Source: Planctomycetota bacterium (GTDB taxonomy: Bacteria; Planctomycetota; UBA8108; UBA1146). Taken from it: a stretch of 64,000 nt of DNA. Positions 28,435 to 38,772 of the stretch are shown in pieces. Numbering within the stretch: position 1 is the first letter of the stretch; each line of letters starts with the position of its first letter. Both the position numbers and the translations under genes were made by a program. The notes beneath the pieces were generated by a model that had not been told where the DNA came from, did no database searches, and was given only the letters and a program-made list of their open reading frames with translations. The DNA lies in NCBI GenBank assembly GCA_965661685.1, contig CBFIET010000171.1, positions 12,584-76,583 of the forward strand, in the 5' to 3' direction.

Positions 28435-29232
28435 GTGACCACTCACCCGACATGGCAGATGCTGCTGCTCGAAGAGACGGCAAGCACTCAGGATCACGGT
28501 CGCCAACTGGCACTGGCTGAGCCCGGGGTTCACCGTGCCATTCGAGCGATCCGCCAGACCGCCGGACGGGGTCGCCGTGGGAATCGCTGGAGCAGCCCCG
28601 AGGGTGGATTGTGGTGCACGCTCACCATTCCCACCCATCACCAGCCGGAGCCGTTCCACAACCTGCTCGTTGCCCTTGCAGCGCGACAGGCGGTGTGCCA
28701 GGAGCTCGCCAAGGGGAGTACCGGGGTCGCTCTCAAGTGGCCCAACGACCTGGTCGTCGACGGCCGTAAGTGGGGAGGAGTGGTGGCGGAGGTGTGTGGC
28801 CCCCCCAGCGCACAGGTTGTGCTGTTCGGGATCGGCTTGAACCTGCAAATCGAGGCTCCTCAGCTGCGAGAGGACCCTCAGGTGCCCCGGGAAGCCACCT
28901 CGATCCTGACAGAATTCGGCCACAGTCCCTCCCCCGCCGAGGTGCTGGAAAGTATCCTTTCTCACCTCGACACCCTGCTTCTGGAAGATCGACAGCAGGG
29001 CGGCCGGGAGCGAAATCGATTGCGAGTCGCAGAGGTCCTGGAAACGCTGGGCCAGAAGATTCGCTGGAGGGGACCGGGTGACGAGTGTGGCGAGGGGGAA
29101 GCGAGTGGCATCGCCCCCGATGGAGCCCTCGTCGTCGAGAGGCATTCCCCCCCTCCACGGGAGACCTGCCAGTTGAGATCGGCAGAGATCTTCCAGATAC
29201 GAGGGAAAGAGACTGACGACCCACGTCGTTGA
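28435..29232 (+). CDS. birA: Biotin--protein ligase (no N-terminal HTH)
   Basis: STQD, QTAGRGRRGNRWSSP, LKWPNDL..GRK.GG and GIGLN motifs. Confidence 0.92.
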   Translation: MTTHPTWQMLLLEETASTQDHGRQLALAEPGVHRAIRAIRQTAGRGRRGNRWSSPEGGLWCTLTIPTHHQPEPFHNLLVALAARQAVCQELAKGSTGVALKWPNDLVVDGRKWGGVVAEVCGPPSAQVVLFGIGLNLQIEAPQLREDPQVPREATSILTEFGHSPSPAEVLESILSHLDTLLLEDRQQGGRERNRLRVAEVLETLGQKIRWRGPGDECGEGEASGIAPDGALVVERHSPPPRETCQLRSAEIFQIRGKETDDPRR

Positions 29233-29251
29233 AGATGGAAAGGGCGAACGA

Positions 29252-30874
29252 TTGACCGGTGAAGCACGGAAACCGTCACGCTGGCTCGATGGGTGCTGGC
29301 AGCCGTTCGTCTCCGATCATCCGGAGCGCCAGGACCAATTCCACACCGCCAGTGGCATCCCGGTCGATCCGCTCTACTCGCTCGATAACGATGCTGCCGG
29401 TCCCGGGGAATATCCGTTCACCAGGGGGATCCATCCGAGCATGTACCGCGGTCGGATGTGGACGATGCGTCAGTACGCCGGATATTCGTCGCCGGCGGCA
29501 ACCAACGAGAGATTTCGCTTCCTGCTGGAGCGGGGTCAGACAGGCCTCTCGGTCGCCTTCGACCTACCCACCCAGATCGGCTTCGATTCTGACGACCCGC
29601 AGTCCACCGGTGAGGTCGGACGTGTCGGAGTCCCCATCAACACCATCGATGACATGGATGAGCTACTGGCAGGAATCCCCCTCGATTCGGTCAGCGTCTC
29701 GATGACCATCAACTCGACAGCACCACTGTTGCTGGCGATGTTACTCGCGGTGGCGAAGCGACAAGGGGTTGCCACCGACAAGATCCGGGGCACCTTACAA
29801 AACGACATCCTGAAGGAATTCATCGCCCGGGGAACCCAACGCTACCCGGTCGGTCCGTCACTACGACTGGTGATCGATGTCATCGAATACTGCATCGGAG
29901 AAGTGCCCTCCTTCTATCCCATCAGCATCAGTGGCTACCACATCCGAGAGTCCGGTTCGACGGCGACCCAGGAGGTTGCCTTCACCCTTTCCAACGGAAT
30001 CGCATACCTGACTGCTTGCCAGGACCGGGGGCTCGATCTTGTCGCCGTCGGTCGTAGGCTCTCCTTCTTCTTCAACGCTCACAATCAACTCTTCGAGGAG
30101 GTCGCCAAGTTTCGAGCAGCCCGACGGATGTGGGCCAAGATCTGCAAGGAACGCTTTGGAATCGCTGATGATCGGGCATGCCAGCTGAGATTCCACACCC
30201 AGACCGGAGGATCGACGCTGCAGGCGATGGAACCGGCAAACAACATCGTGCGAGTCACCTTGCAGGCACTCTCGGCGGTTCTCGGTGGAACCCAGTCGTT
30301 ACACACCAATAGCTGGGATGAAGCACTGTCTCTCCCATCGGAGGATGCCGCTCGCCTCGCCCTTCGTACCCAGCAGATCATCGCCGAAGAATCGGGGGTT
30401 CCCGATTCGGTCGATCCTCTCGGTGGATCCCCCTTCATCGAGGAACTCACCGACACCATCGAGGCGGAGGCGACGGCGATCATCAAGGACATCGAGGAGC
30501 GCGGCGGAATGCTCACTTCGGTGGCAGATGGATACATCCGCAGGGCCATCGAACAGAGTGCCTACGATTCACAGCAGAAACAGGATTCCGGGGAGTCGGT
30601 ACCGATCGGCCTCGATCCCGCTGGTGAGATTCCAGAAGCGCCCTTTGCCGTCGACCCTTCCATCGAAAGCAAGCGCAAGGAACAACTGGTACTGTTCCGA
30701 GAGAAGAGAGATGATCAGGAGGTCGAAGCAGCGCTCAGCCGGGTCGAGGATGCTGCCCGAGGAGACGACAACATGATTCCGGTGCTGATCGTTGCGCTGG
30801 AGGCGAACTGCACACTGGGGGAGATCACTCGCACCATGGCAGAAGTATTCGGGGAGTACCATGATCATGGCTAG
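29252..30874 (+). CDS. Methylmalonyl-CoA mutase, substrate-binding (large) subunit
   Basis: PGEYPFTRG, WTMRQYAG, GLSVAFDLPTQ, QNDILKEFIARGT, SISGYHIRE and QSLHTN. No B12 domain (split enzyme). Confidence 0.93.
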   Translation: MTGEARKPSRWLDGCWQPFVSDHPERQDQFHTASGIPVDPLYSLDNDAAGPGEYPFTRGIHPSMYRGRMWTMRQYAGYSSPAATNERFRFLLERGQTGLSVAFDLPTQIGFDSDDPQSTGEVGRVGVPINTIDDMDELLAGIPLDSVSVSMTINSTAPLLLAMLLAVAKRQGVATDKIRGTLQNDILKEFIARGTQRYPVGPSLRLVIDVIEYCIGEVPSFYPISISGYHIRESGSTATQEVAFTLSNGIAYLTACQDRGLDLVAVGRRLSFFFNAHNQLFEEVAKFRAARRMWAKICKERFGIADDRACQLRFHTQTGGSTLQAMEPANNIVRVTLQALSAVLGGTQSLHTNSWDEALSLPSEDAARLALRTQQIIAEESGVPDSVDPLGGSPFIEELTDTIEAEATAIIKDIEERGGMLTSVADGYIRRAIEQSAYDSQQKQDSGESVPIGLDPAGEIPEAPFAVDPSIESKRKEQLVLFREKRDDQEVEAALSRVEDAARGDDNMIPVLIVALEANCTLGEITRTMAEVFGEYHDHG

Positions 30875-31286
30875 AAAAGGACCGATCCGCGTACTGCTGG
30901 CGAAGCCGGGTCTCGATGGCCACGACCGGGGTATCCGCCTGGTGCTCCGAGCCCTGCGAGATGCAGGAATGGAAGTGATCTACACCGGGATTCGAACTTC
31001 CCCTGAACAGATCGTCAGGGCAGCCATCGAGGAAGACGTGGAGGCGATCGGTCTCTCCAGTCTTTCCGGAGCACACGAGACCCATTTTCTCGAAGTCTCG
31101 CGGATTCTCGAGAAGGAGAAAGCGCAAGACATCCTGCTCTTCGGAGGAGGCATCATCCCGCAGCAGGATGTCGATCTGCTGCAGGGAGCAGGATTTCGTA
31201 CCATCTATCCTCCGGGAACCCACCTCGATCAGATCGTCGAGGATCTGCGAGCAGCACTTCGTCCCGAAAGTGAGGATGTCTCTTGA
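30867..31286 (+). CDS. Methylmalonyl-CoA mutase, cobalamin-binding (small) subunit
   Basis: KPGLDGHDRG (DxHxxG), GLSSLSGAH and GGGIIP. Confidence 0.93.
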   Translation: MARKGPIRVLLAKPGLDGHDRGIRLVLRALRDAGMEVIYTGIRTSPEQIVRAAIEEDVEAIGLSSLSGAHETHFLEVSRILEKEKAQDILLFGGGIIPQQDVDLLQGAGFRTIYPPGTHLDQIVEDLRAALRPESEDVS

Positions 31287-31720
31287 AGATGGATCATGTC
31301 GGAATTGCAGTCCGCTCCATCGACGCAGCGTTACCGCTGTGGAGAGATGCGATGGGTGCCGAGGTGGGAGATCGTGAAACGATTCCCTCCCAGGAGGTCA
31401 CGGTCCTGTTCCTGAAGACGGGCGAATCATGCACTGAATTACTGGAGCCGTCCGGGGAGGACTCCCCGATCCAGCGATTCATCGACAAGCGCGGCGAGGG
31501 CCTTCATCACATCGCCTACCAGGTTGAAAATCTGGAGAGCGTGATGACAAATCTAGGCGAGGCTGGTGCACGCCTTATCTATCCAGACCCTCGCCCTGGC
31601 AGCCATCAAACGCGAATCAACTTCATCCATCCATCCTCTACCGGTGGCATCCTGATCGAACTGGTGGAGTACCCAGAGGGCAAGAAGCGAACCTCCGTCG
31701 AAGAGGAGATCGAAAGTTGA
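31283..31720 (+). CDS. mce: Methylmalonyl-CoA epimerase
   Basis: [21 protein letters not shown] and [16 protein letters not shown]. Confidence 0.93.
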   Translation: MKMDHVGIAVRSIDAALPLWRDAMGAEVGDRETIPSQEVTVLFLKTGESCTELLEPSGEDSPIQRFIDKRGEGLHHIAYQVENLESVMTNLGEAGARLIYPDPRPGSHQTRINFIHPSSTGGILIELVEYPEGKKRTSVEEEIES

Positions 31721-33264
31721 AGGAAAAGAACCGGATCGAAGCCCGTAACCGCCTCGAAGATGCTCGCATCGGCGGAGGTGAAACGAGAATCGAACGCCAG
31801 CACGGAGCGGGAAAACTCACCGCCAGGGAACGCGTCGAGGTGTTACTCGATGAGGGCACCTTTCACGAGATCGATGCGATGGTTACCCACCGTTGCACCG
31901 ATTTCGGCATGGCCGATCGAAAGGTGCCTGGCGATGGTGTGGTGACCGGCTGGGGAGAGATCGACGGACGCAGAATCTTCCTCTACAGCCAGGATTTCAC
32001 CGTCGAGGGAGGCAGTCTCTCTGCCACCAACGCAGCCAAGATCTGCAAGGTGATGGAGATGGCTCTCAAGGCTGGAACCCCCATGATCGGACTCAACGAT
32101 TCGGGAGGTGCGCGGATACAGGAAGGCGTGGCAAGTCTCGGTGGCTATGCGGACATCTTCCTGCGCAACACACTCGCTTCCGGTGTCATCCCTCAGTTGA
32201 GTGCCATCCTCGGCCCCTGTGCCGGGGGAGCGGTTTATTCTCCCGCCTTGACCGATTTCATCTTCATGGCGGAGGGTACCAGTTACATGTTCGTGACCGG
32301 CCCCAACGTGGTGAAGACGGTCACACATGAGGAGGTCACTCAGGAAGAACTGGGAGGCGCAGCCACCCACTCGACACGTAGTGGTGTCTCACACTTCCGC
32401 TGTCGAGATGATCGTCACTGCCTCGATGAGATACGAAAACTACTCTCGTACCTCCCGCCGAACAATCTCGAGAGTCCCCCTGAACGGGACAGTACCGACC
32501 CCATCGACCGGGCTGACAAGGAGCTGGCGACCATCGTCCCCGACAACAGGGAAAAACCCTACGACATGCACGAAGTACTACGACGTGTCGTCGACCAGGA
32601 TTCCCTGATGGAGGTTCAACCCGATTTTGCCAGGAACATCATCACGGCATTCGCACGGATGGATGGGAAATCGGTGGGAATCGTCGCCAATCAACCGTCG
32701 GTCCTCGCCGGCTGCCTCGATATTCATGCCAGCGTCAAGGCGGCTCGATTCGTCCGATTCCTCGATTGCTTCAACATTCCGATCATCAGTTTCGTCGATG
32801 TTCCTGGATTTCTTCCCGGAACCGATCAGGAGTGGAATGGAATCATCTCTCATGGTGCAAAGTTGCTCTACGCATACTGCGAGGCGACCGTCCCCAAGTT
32901 GACCGTCATCACCAGGAAGGCCTACGGAGGGGCCTATGACGTCATGTCATCGAAGCACATCCGGGGAGACCTGAATTACGCATGGCCCTCTGCTGAGATT
33001 GCGGTGATGGGGGCTCCAGGAGCGGTCGAGATCCTGTTTCGCAAGGAGATCGCGGATTCGGAGACTCCCGAGCAGATCGCCTCGACCCGAACCCAGGAGT
33101 ATGAGGACCTGTTCGCAAATCCCTTCACCGCTGCAGAACGAGGCTACATCGACGCAGTCATCGAAGAACCAGAAACTCGCCGTCGGCTCATCGAAGGACT
33201 TCGATTGCTGGCCGGCAAGCGAGATCAGAATCCTCCCAAGAAGCACGGAAACTGCCCACTATGA
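31717..33264 (+). CDS. pccB: Propionyl-CoA carboxylase beta (carboxyltransferase) subunit
   Basis: [45 protein letters not shown] and KKHGN.PL. Confidence 0.93.
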   Translation: MKEKNRIEARNRLEDARIGGGETRIERQHGAGKLTARERVEVLLDEGTFHEIDAMVTHRCTDFGMADRKVPGDGVVTGWGEIDGRRIFLYSQDFTVEGGSLSATNAAKICKVMEMALKAGTPMIGLNDSGGARIQEGVASLGGYADIFLRNTLASGVIPQLSAILGPCAGGAVYSPALTDFIFMAEGTSYMFVTGPNVVKTVTHEEVTQEELGGAATHSTRSGVSHFRCRDDRHCLDEIRKLLSYLPPNNLESPPERDSTDPIDRADKELATIVPDNREKPYDMHEVLRRVVDQDSLMEVQPDFARNIITAFARMDGKSVGIVANQPSVLAGCLDIHASVKAARFVRFLDCFNIPIISFVDVPGFLPGTDQEWNGIISHGAKLLYAYCEATVPKLTVITRKAYGGAYDVMSSKHIRGDLNYAWPSAEIAVMGAPGAVEILFRKEIADSETPEQIASTRTQEYEDLFANPFTAAERGYIDAVIEEPETRRRLIEGLRLLAGKRDQNPPKKHGNCPL

Positions 33265-34787
33265 GTCGCAGCAAGGGAAAGAAAATCAACAAGGTTCTGG
33301 TGGCCAATCGTGGAGAGATCGCCATCCGCATCTTTCAGGGCTGCCGTGAGCGCAACATCGAAACGGTGGCGGTTCACTCGGAAGCAGACACTTCCGCACC
33401 TCACCGATATGCGGCAGATGAATCGATTCTCATCGGTCCTCCCTCCCCCGCAGAGTCATACCTGCGAGGCGATGTCATCATCGACGCTGCCAGGCAGTCG
33501 GGAGCAGATGCCATCCATCCCGGATACGGGTTTCTCTCGGAAAATGCCGATTTCGCAAAGATGGTGGAAGACGCGGGTCTGATCTTCATCGGTCCGACGC
33601 CCGATCAGATCGCCTCGATGGGTGACAAGGTTCGCGCCCGTGAACTGATGGAAACCGCATCGGTTCCGGTGATACCGGGAACCAAGGGCCCCATCGATGA
33701 TCGGTCCAGCCTCGAGAAGGAGGCGAAGAGGATCGGCTATCCCCTGCTGATCAAGGCCGCAGGCGGTGGCGGCGGCAAGGGGATCCGTCAGGTAGACGAC
33801 AGTTCCAGCCTGGTCGCTGCATGGGAAAGAACTCGCTCCGAAGCGAGTTCCGCATTCGGAGATGGCAGGGTTTACCTCGAGAGATTTGTCAGCCCTGCCC
33901 GGCACATCGAGGTACAGATAGTTGGAGACGGCACTGGAAATGTGTGGTTCCTCGGCGAAAGGGAATGCTCTCTGCAACGAAATCATCAGAAGGTACTGGA
34001 AGAGAGTCCTTCGCCGGTGATCAGTCCCGATCTTCGCACCAAGTTGCGAACCGCTGCAGTGGCAGGAGCATCCTCCATCGACTATCGCGGAGCGGGGACG
34101 ATGGAGTTCCTCCTCGATGATGCGACTGGTGAGTTCTTTTTCCTCGAGATGAATACACGACTGCAGGTTGAACACCCGGTCACCGAAATGGTCACGGGAA
34201 TCGATCTTGTCGGGATGCAGCTCGAAATTGCCGAGGGCAGGGAACTCGAGCACGATCCAGACCTGACCTACAGGGGCTGGTCGATCGAATTTCGTATCTG
34301 TGCCGAGGATCCCTATCGCAATTTCATTCCATCGACAGGACAGATCCGCGCCCTGCGGATTCCAAATGCCCCCTTCTCCAGGATCGATGGCGCACTTCGA
34401 GAGGGCCTGGAGATCACCCCCTATTACGATCCGATGCTGGCCAAGGCCATCGTCTGGGGAGAGAACCGCAAGGCAGCGGTAGATCGCCTCAAGGCACTTC
34501 TCTCGCGATTGCGGATCGGTGGCATACACACCACCATTCCCCTTGGCATCGAACTGTGTAACCAGGGCTGGTTCCTCGATGGGGACTTTCACACCGGCAC
34601 CCTGGAATCCTGGCTCTCGGGTCGAAAAGTGAGGGATGTCGATCCCGATCAACTGCAATTGATCGCAGCAGTCATCGCACGCCACGCCCTGGCCGGTGCA
34701 AGATCACACTCTTCACCGGGCATTCCCGGAGGCGGGGAGTGGGGAAAAGCGGCTCGCAAGGGTGGAGTGAGGGGTAACCTGTCATGA
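33261..34787 (+). CDS. Biotin carboxylase subunit of acyl-CoA carboxylase
   Basis: [45 protein letters not shown] and YDPMLAK. Confidence 0.94.
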   Translation: MSRSKGKKINKVLVANRGEIAIRIFQGCRERNIETVAVHSEADTSAPHRYAADESILIGPPSPAESYLRGDVIIDAARQSGADAIHPGYGFLSENADFAKMVEDAGLIFIGPTPDQIASMGDKVRARELMETASVPVIPGTKGPIDDRSSLEKEAKRIGYPLLIKAAGGGGGKGIRQVDDSSSLVAAWERTRSEASSAFGDGRVYLERFVSPARHIEVQIVGDGTGNVWFLGERECSLQRNHQKVLEESPSPVISPDLRTKLRTAAVAGASSIDYRGAGTMEFLLDDATGEFFFLEMNTRLQVEHPVTEMVTGIDLVGMQLEIAEGRELEHDPDLTYRGWSIEFRICAEDPYRNFIPSTGQIRALRIPNAPFSRIDGALREGLEITPYYDPMLAKAIVWGENRKAAVDRLKALLSRLRIGGIHTTIPLGIELCNQGWFLDGDFHTGTLESWLSGRKVRDVDPDQLQLIAAVIARHALAGARSHSSPGIPGGGEWGKAARKGGVRGNLS

Positions 34788-35308
34788 AGTACCGGGTGGA
34801 ATGGTCCGATCAACAGTGCGAAATCGAAGCGACTCGCGACCCTCTCGGTCGGGAATGGAAATTCGTACTGCCCGATGGGGTGAGCATCGATGCACGGGTG
34901 GAGATTCTCGAAGAGGGCTCGGTGGTCAGATTGATCACCGCTGGAGAGAGCCACACCGTTTCACTGCTGCCAGGAAATCGTCCCGGGGAACCGGTGAGGT
35001 TCCTCCTCGATCACACTCCTGTAGAACTGGACGTTCTCGATCCTGTCGACCTCATCACTCGAGAAGTCTCGGCAGGATCTTCTCAATCCGGTCATGAAAA
35101 GCTACACAGCGTCATGCCCGGTATCGTCCGAAAACTACTGGTCAAGGAGGGGGACGAGGTTCAGGAAGGGGATCCCTTACTCTTGCTGGAAGCGATGAAG
35201 ATGGAAAACGAAATCACTTCCCCGGTGGCTGGGACTGTCGTCAAGATCGAGGTCAAGGAGGGGGAAGCTGTTGCTGCAGGGTCCCTTCTGCTGATCATCG
35301 ACAGCTAG
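34784..35308 (+). CDS. Biotin carboxyl carrier protein
   Basis: MPG...LEAMKMENEI biotinylation motif. Confidence 0.93.
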   Translation: MKYRVEWSDQQCEIEATRDPLGREWKFVLPDGVSIDARVEILEEGSVVRLITAGESHTVSLLPGNRPGEPVRFLLDHTPVELDVLDPVDLITREVSAGSSQSGHEKLHSVMPGIVRKLLVKEGDEVQEGDPLLLLEAMKMENEITSPVAGTVVKIEVKEGEAVAAGSLLLIIDS

Positions 35309-35339
35309 GCCCTGGTCAGTTTCGACCGATCGGTTTCCT

Positions 35340-36233
35340 CTATCCGAATGGATCCGCTTCGATCACCGGCTTCTTCTTTTCCTTCTCCTTCTTGCGCTTT
35401 TCTTCCTCTGCATCTGCTTTCTTCTTGTCACTACTGGCGTTGTCGCCGACTACTCCCGATCCCGAACAAGGCTTGCAGGAAAACCGCTTCTTTCCCTCGC
35501 ACTCCTCACAGGTCTTCAGAAAAACGCCCTCGCCCTTACAATCTTCGCAGCTTCTAGCTTTCTTCCCCTTGCAGATGGGACAGAGGATCTTGCCCTTGCC
35601 GCTACAGTCCCGACAGCGCGTCTTGACCTTCCGCCCCTCCAGTGGATCAAACCGTTCATAGGTACCTTCTCCCCCGCAGCGTCGGCAATCGAGAAGGCTA
35701 TCCTCCGCCTTGGTACAGGTCACACACTTCAGTCCCATTCCGGAACCAGCGCACTTTCCGCAAGGAGTCGAGCTCTTTCCTTTGCCGACGCACCCTTTAC
35801 AGGAGGCCGTTCCCGACGCGTCACACTCCCGGCACCACTTGTGCGGATTGGCTTTCTTTCGAGCAGCGACCTCGACAGCGGGAATCCGCGCTAGAATCAA
35901 CTTTTCCTGCTGGAACAACTTCTTTTCATGCGCCCACGCCATCAAGTCTTTATGACCTTGAAGATCTGCAGGGTCCAGTGCTTCCAGTCTTTTCACGAAC
36001 TCATCATTTGGGAGAACGCCTCTGGTGATCTTTTCGATCTCTTTTCGATCCACCGTCATCACGGCTCTCGACTTCCCGATCACCACCTCGATTTTCACCT
36101 TCTTTGCGGTTTCCGAGAGAATCTTTCCTTCCAGAACCTTGCCCGATCTCAAGACCACCTCGTCCGCAATCAGCATCAGGGGTAAGCAACTGAACATCAC
36201 TGCCAGAAAAACCTTCATCGTCTTCTCTCTCAT
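35340..36233 (-). CDS. Secreted protein with ten CxxC (DnaJ-like CxxCxGxG) repeats
   Basis: Signal peptide, then DEVVLRSGKVLEGKI, then CREC, CKGC, CGKC, CVTC, CRRC, CRDC, CPIC, CEDC, CEEC and CKPC. Confidence 0.8.
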   Translation of the reverse strand: MREKTMKVFLAVMFSCLPLMLIADEVVLRSGKVLEGKILSETAKKVKIEVVIGKSRAVMTVDRKEIEKITRGVLPNDEFVKRLEALDPADLQGHKDLMAWAHEKKLFQQEKLILARIPAVEVAARKKANPHKWCRECDASGTASCKGCVGKGKSSTPCGKCAGSGMGLKCVTCTKAEDSLLDCRRCGGEGTYERFDPLEGRKVKTRCRDCSGKGKILCPICKGKKARSCEDCKGEGVFLKTCEECEGKKRFSCKPCSGSGVVGDNASSDKKKADAEEEKRKKEKEKKKPVIEADPFG

Positions 36234-37825
36234 GATTTCTCCTCAGGAATCTCCAGGTATAGTTTATCCATTCCTGACCTCTGCACCCTGAACACCGGGA
36301 TTCCACGCATCCGTGCTATCGCTCCTCCGAGTAGTAGCAGGATCGCCACGGACAACAAACTTATCAATTGCAGATGGTGCAGTTCAGCAGTGATGTTCGG
36401 CGAAGTGGTCCTCCAGGAATGCTTGAAGAAGATGACGAACGGTGGAGCAATACCCTCGTAGACCATGTCAGGATTGAAACGATCAAGGGTAGCGACACCC
36501 ATCACCGCAATCAGATGAGTTCCATTGGCGAGAACACCAGAAATGATCTCGGAAAATCCAAGCTGAGCGAACACCCATGCCAGCGCGAGGACTGAACAAC
36601 CCCACAGAAAGATTGCCACGGTTCGATCGACGAACAACGACGACAGTAACCGGTAATTCTCGACTGCAGCGTCCCCCGAAGTTGTCAGTCCATCCAGTGA
36701 CTCCAGTTGAGCCAGGGTCAGGATCGCACTGACACAGATCCCCAGGCAGATCACTGCAAGTATCCAGTTGCGGACTCCTCCTGGCAGCAGAAAGATGCCA
36801 AGAGAGGTCAGAACCGGCTTTTCCGTGCGAAGTTGTACGACCCGAAGTGGAACTCTCGCCTCCGATCCGGCAATGCGTGTCAAGAACGCCACCATTGCGC
36901 AGGTAGCCACCAGCAACACCTGTCCCGACCCGCCACCCAGTGAGTTGCCAAGACTCAAACTATCACCGTTGTTGTATGAGACAGGTCCGAGAAAACCGTT
37001 GATTTGCCAGACCAGATCGGAGCACATGACGAGTAGGAAGATGAAACCAAAACTACGCATGAGAATATCTCTTGCGGACTCCACTCCCGTGAGAAGGTAG
37101 TTCGCCAGAAACAACGACCCCACCACCACGAACAGGTACAGCGGAATCAGCCAGAACAGAAACTGATAATCCTGGATGTTCATGAGCAGATAATCGAGAA
37201 CCAGGTAACCGTCATTGTAGATCTCAACAGAAAACCCAACCGCCATGAAAAACAAAGTCGGAATGACAAAGACGTAGACCTGGAGGATCGCTCGGATCTG
37301 ACTGCCGGTAGAGGCCGAAGATAAGATTCCGATGCTAGCGACCAGCAGTGACAGTAAGAAGTGCAGCAAATATTCGAATATGATCGAGACGATGGAGACT
37401 CCTCCAAAGATCGTCACGAACCCCAGCAGAGGTGCTGGCAAGATCAAGAGGTAGAAGAGAGCCCCCATGATGCCAAGCAACTTGCCCCATACGATCTGAC
37501 CGGGAGACATATCAGTCCCCAGCAAGGTATCCCACGTCTTGGATTGTTTTTCCGAGGTAATACTCACCGATGCCAGCAAGGGAATCACAATCCCGATGGC
37601 GATGAGCTGGATGGTGAAGTAAATCGATGCCAGCGTCATCGCATGAGCCTCAGGCGCCTCACTGAGTTGCTCCCCCTGCCCGATGGTGTACGCCCACATG
37701 ATTCCACCCACGAGTGCTGCGAAGGTCAGTTGAACCAACAGCGATCGAATCCTGCGAATCCGTAGGATCAGTTCCTTCTGAAGCAAAGCAGTGCTGGTCG
37801 AATCGAGAAGTCTGGGCAGTTTCAT
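36230..37825 (-). CDS. ABC-2 type transporter permease
   Basis: LLQKEL, SITSEKQSKTWDTLLGT..SPGQIVWGKL and many hydrophobic helices. Confidence 0.85.
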   Translation of the reverse strand: MKLPRLLDSTSTALLQKELILRIRRIRSLLVQLTFAALVGGIMWAYTIGQGEQLSEAPEAHAMTLASIYFTIQLIAIGIVIPLLASVSITSEKQSKTWDTLLGTDMSPGQIVWGKLLGIMGALFYLLILPAPLLGFVTIFGGVSIVSIIFEYLLHFLLSLLVASIGILSSASTGSQIRAILQVYVFVIPTLFFMAVGFSVEIYNDGYLVLDYLLMNIQDYQFLFWLIPLYLFVVVGSLFLANYLLTGVESARDILMRSFGFIFLLVMCSDLVWQINGFLGPVSYNNGDSLSLGNSLGGGSGQVLLVATCAMVAFLTRIAGSEARVPLRVVQLRTEKPVLTSLGIFLLPGGVRNWILAVICLGICVSAILTLAQLESLDGLTTSGDAAVENYRLLSSLFVDRTVAIFLWGCSVLALAWVFAQLGFSEIISGVLANGTHLIAVMGVATLDRFNPDMVYEGIAPPFVIFFKHSWRTTSPNITAELHHLQLISLLSVAILLLLGGAIARMRGIPVFRVQRSGMDKLYLEIPEEKS

Positions 37826-38772
37826 TGGACCTCCCCAGATGTGAGATTCATGAACAGGCTCTCCAGATCATCTTCTCTGCGACTCACCGAGGTGAAGGCA
37901 ATCTTGGCGGAAGAGAGAGCTGCCCAGACCTGATGGATCTCCTGATCCGATCCGGTCCAATCAACAGTCAGTTTTCGTCCTTCGAGGGCCGTTCTGCTGA
38001 CTCCTGGGATCTGGCTGAGTATCTTTTCCGCGTCGCTTCTCTCTTCCACGAGAACGACCTCATATCGAACCTCATGTCCTCTGATTTTGCTCTGGATCTC
38101 CTCCAGAGGGCCGTGGGCAACCAGATTTCCCTTCTCGATGATGCTGACCGAATCACAGATCGGAGAAAGTTCCGACAGGATATGACTCGATAGAAAGATG
38201 GTCTTCCCCAGCCTACGGAGTTCCGTCAGGAGCCCTCTGAATTCGATCCTCGCCCGCGGATCAAGCCCACTGGCAGGTTCGTCCAGAATCAACAGGTCCG
38301 GCTCATGCAACAGCGTCTGTGCGAGGCACAGGCGTTGCCTCATCCCCTTCGAGAGGGTGTGAACCTCGATCTCCAGGAGATTCTGGAGATCGGTCAGTTC
38401 CACCACATCCGCGATGGCCGATTTTCTTCTTGCTGGGGTCAGCCGATGAGCGAGAGCGAAGAACTCCAGATATTCACGGACAGAGAGACCCTCATACACA
38501 CCCACGTAATCGGGCATGTAACCAAGCCGACTCCGCACCGATGCAGGTTCGGTCACGACATTGAATCCATCCACCCAGGCGCCACCAGCGGTTGGAATCA
38601 GCAGCGAGGCCAGCACCCGGATCGTCGTCGTCTTTCCGGCTCCGTTAGGACCGATGAATCCATGGATGACACCTCTGGACACGTCAAAACTGATCCCTGC
38701 AACCGCCACCTTCTTGCCGAAAGCGATCTCCAGGTCCCTGACTTCGATGATGGAGGAACTGGAATGACTCAT
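37822..38772 (-). CDS. ABC transporter ATP-binding protein (exporter type)
   Basis: GPNGAGKTT, LSKGMRQR, LILDEPASGLDP and SSHILSE. Confidence 0.95.
   Translation of the reverse strand: MSHSSSSIIEVRDLEIAFGKKVAVAGISFDVSRGVIHGFIGPNGAGKTTTIRVLASLLIPTAGGAWVDGFNVVTEPASVRSRLGYMPDYVGVYEGLSVREYLEFFALAHRLTPARRKSAIADVVELTDLQNLLEIEVHTLSKGMRQRLCLAQTLLHEPDLLILDEPASGLDPRARIEFRGLLTELRRLGKTIFLSSHILSELSPICDSVSIIEKGNLVAHGPLEEIQSKIRGHEVRYEVVLVEERSDAEKILSQIPGVSRTALEGRKLTVDWTGSDQEIHQVWAALSSAKIAFTSVSRREDDLESLFMNLTSGEVQ

Noticed and set aside
29252-30874. Isobutyryl-CoA or 2-hydroxyisobutyryl-CoA mutase
   Set aside because: The specificity positions read Tyr and Arg, and epimerase plus PCC genes are adjacent.
35340-36233. 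Multiheme cytochrome c or DnaJ
   Set aside because: There is no CxxCH motif and no J-domain HPD.
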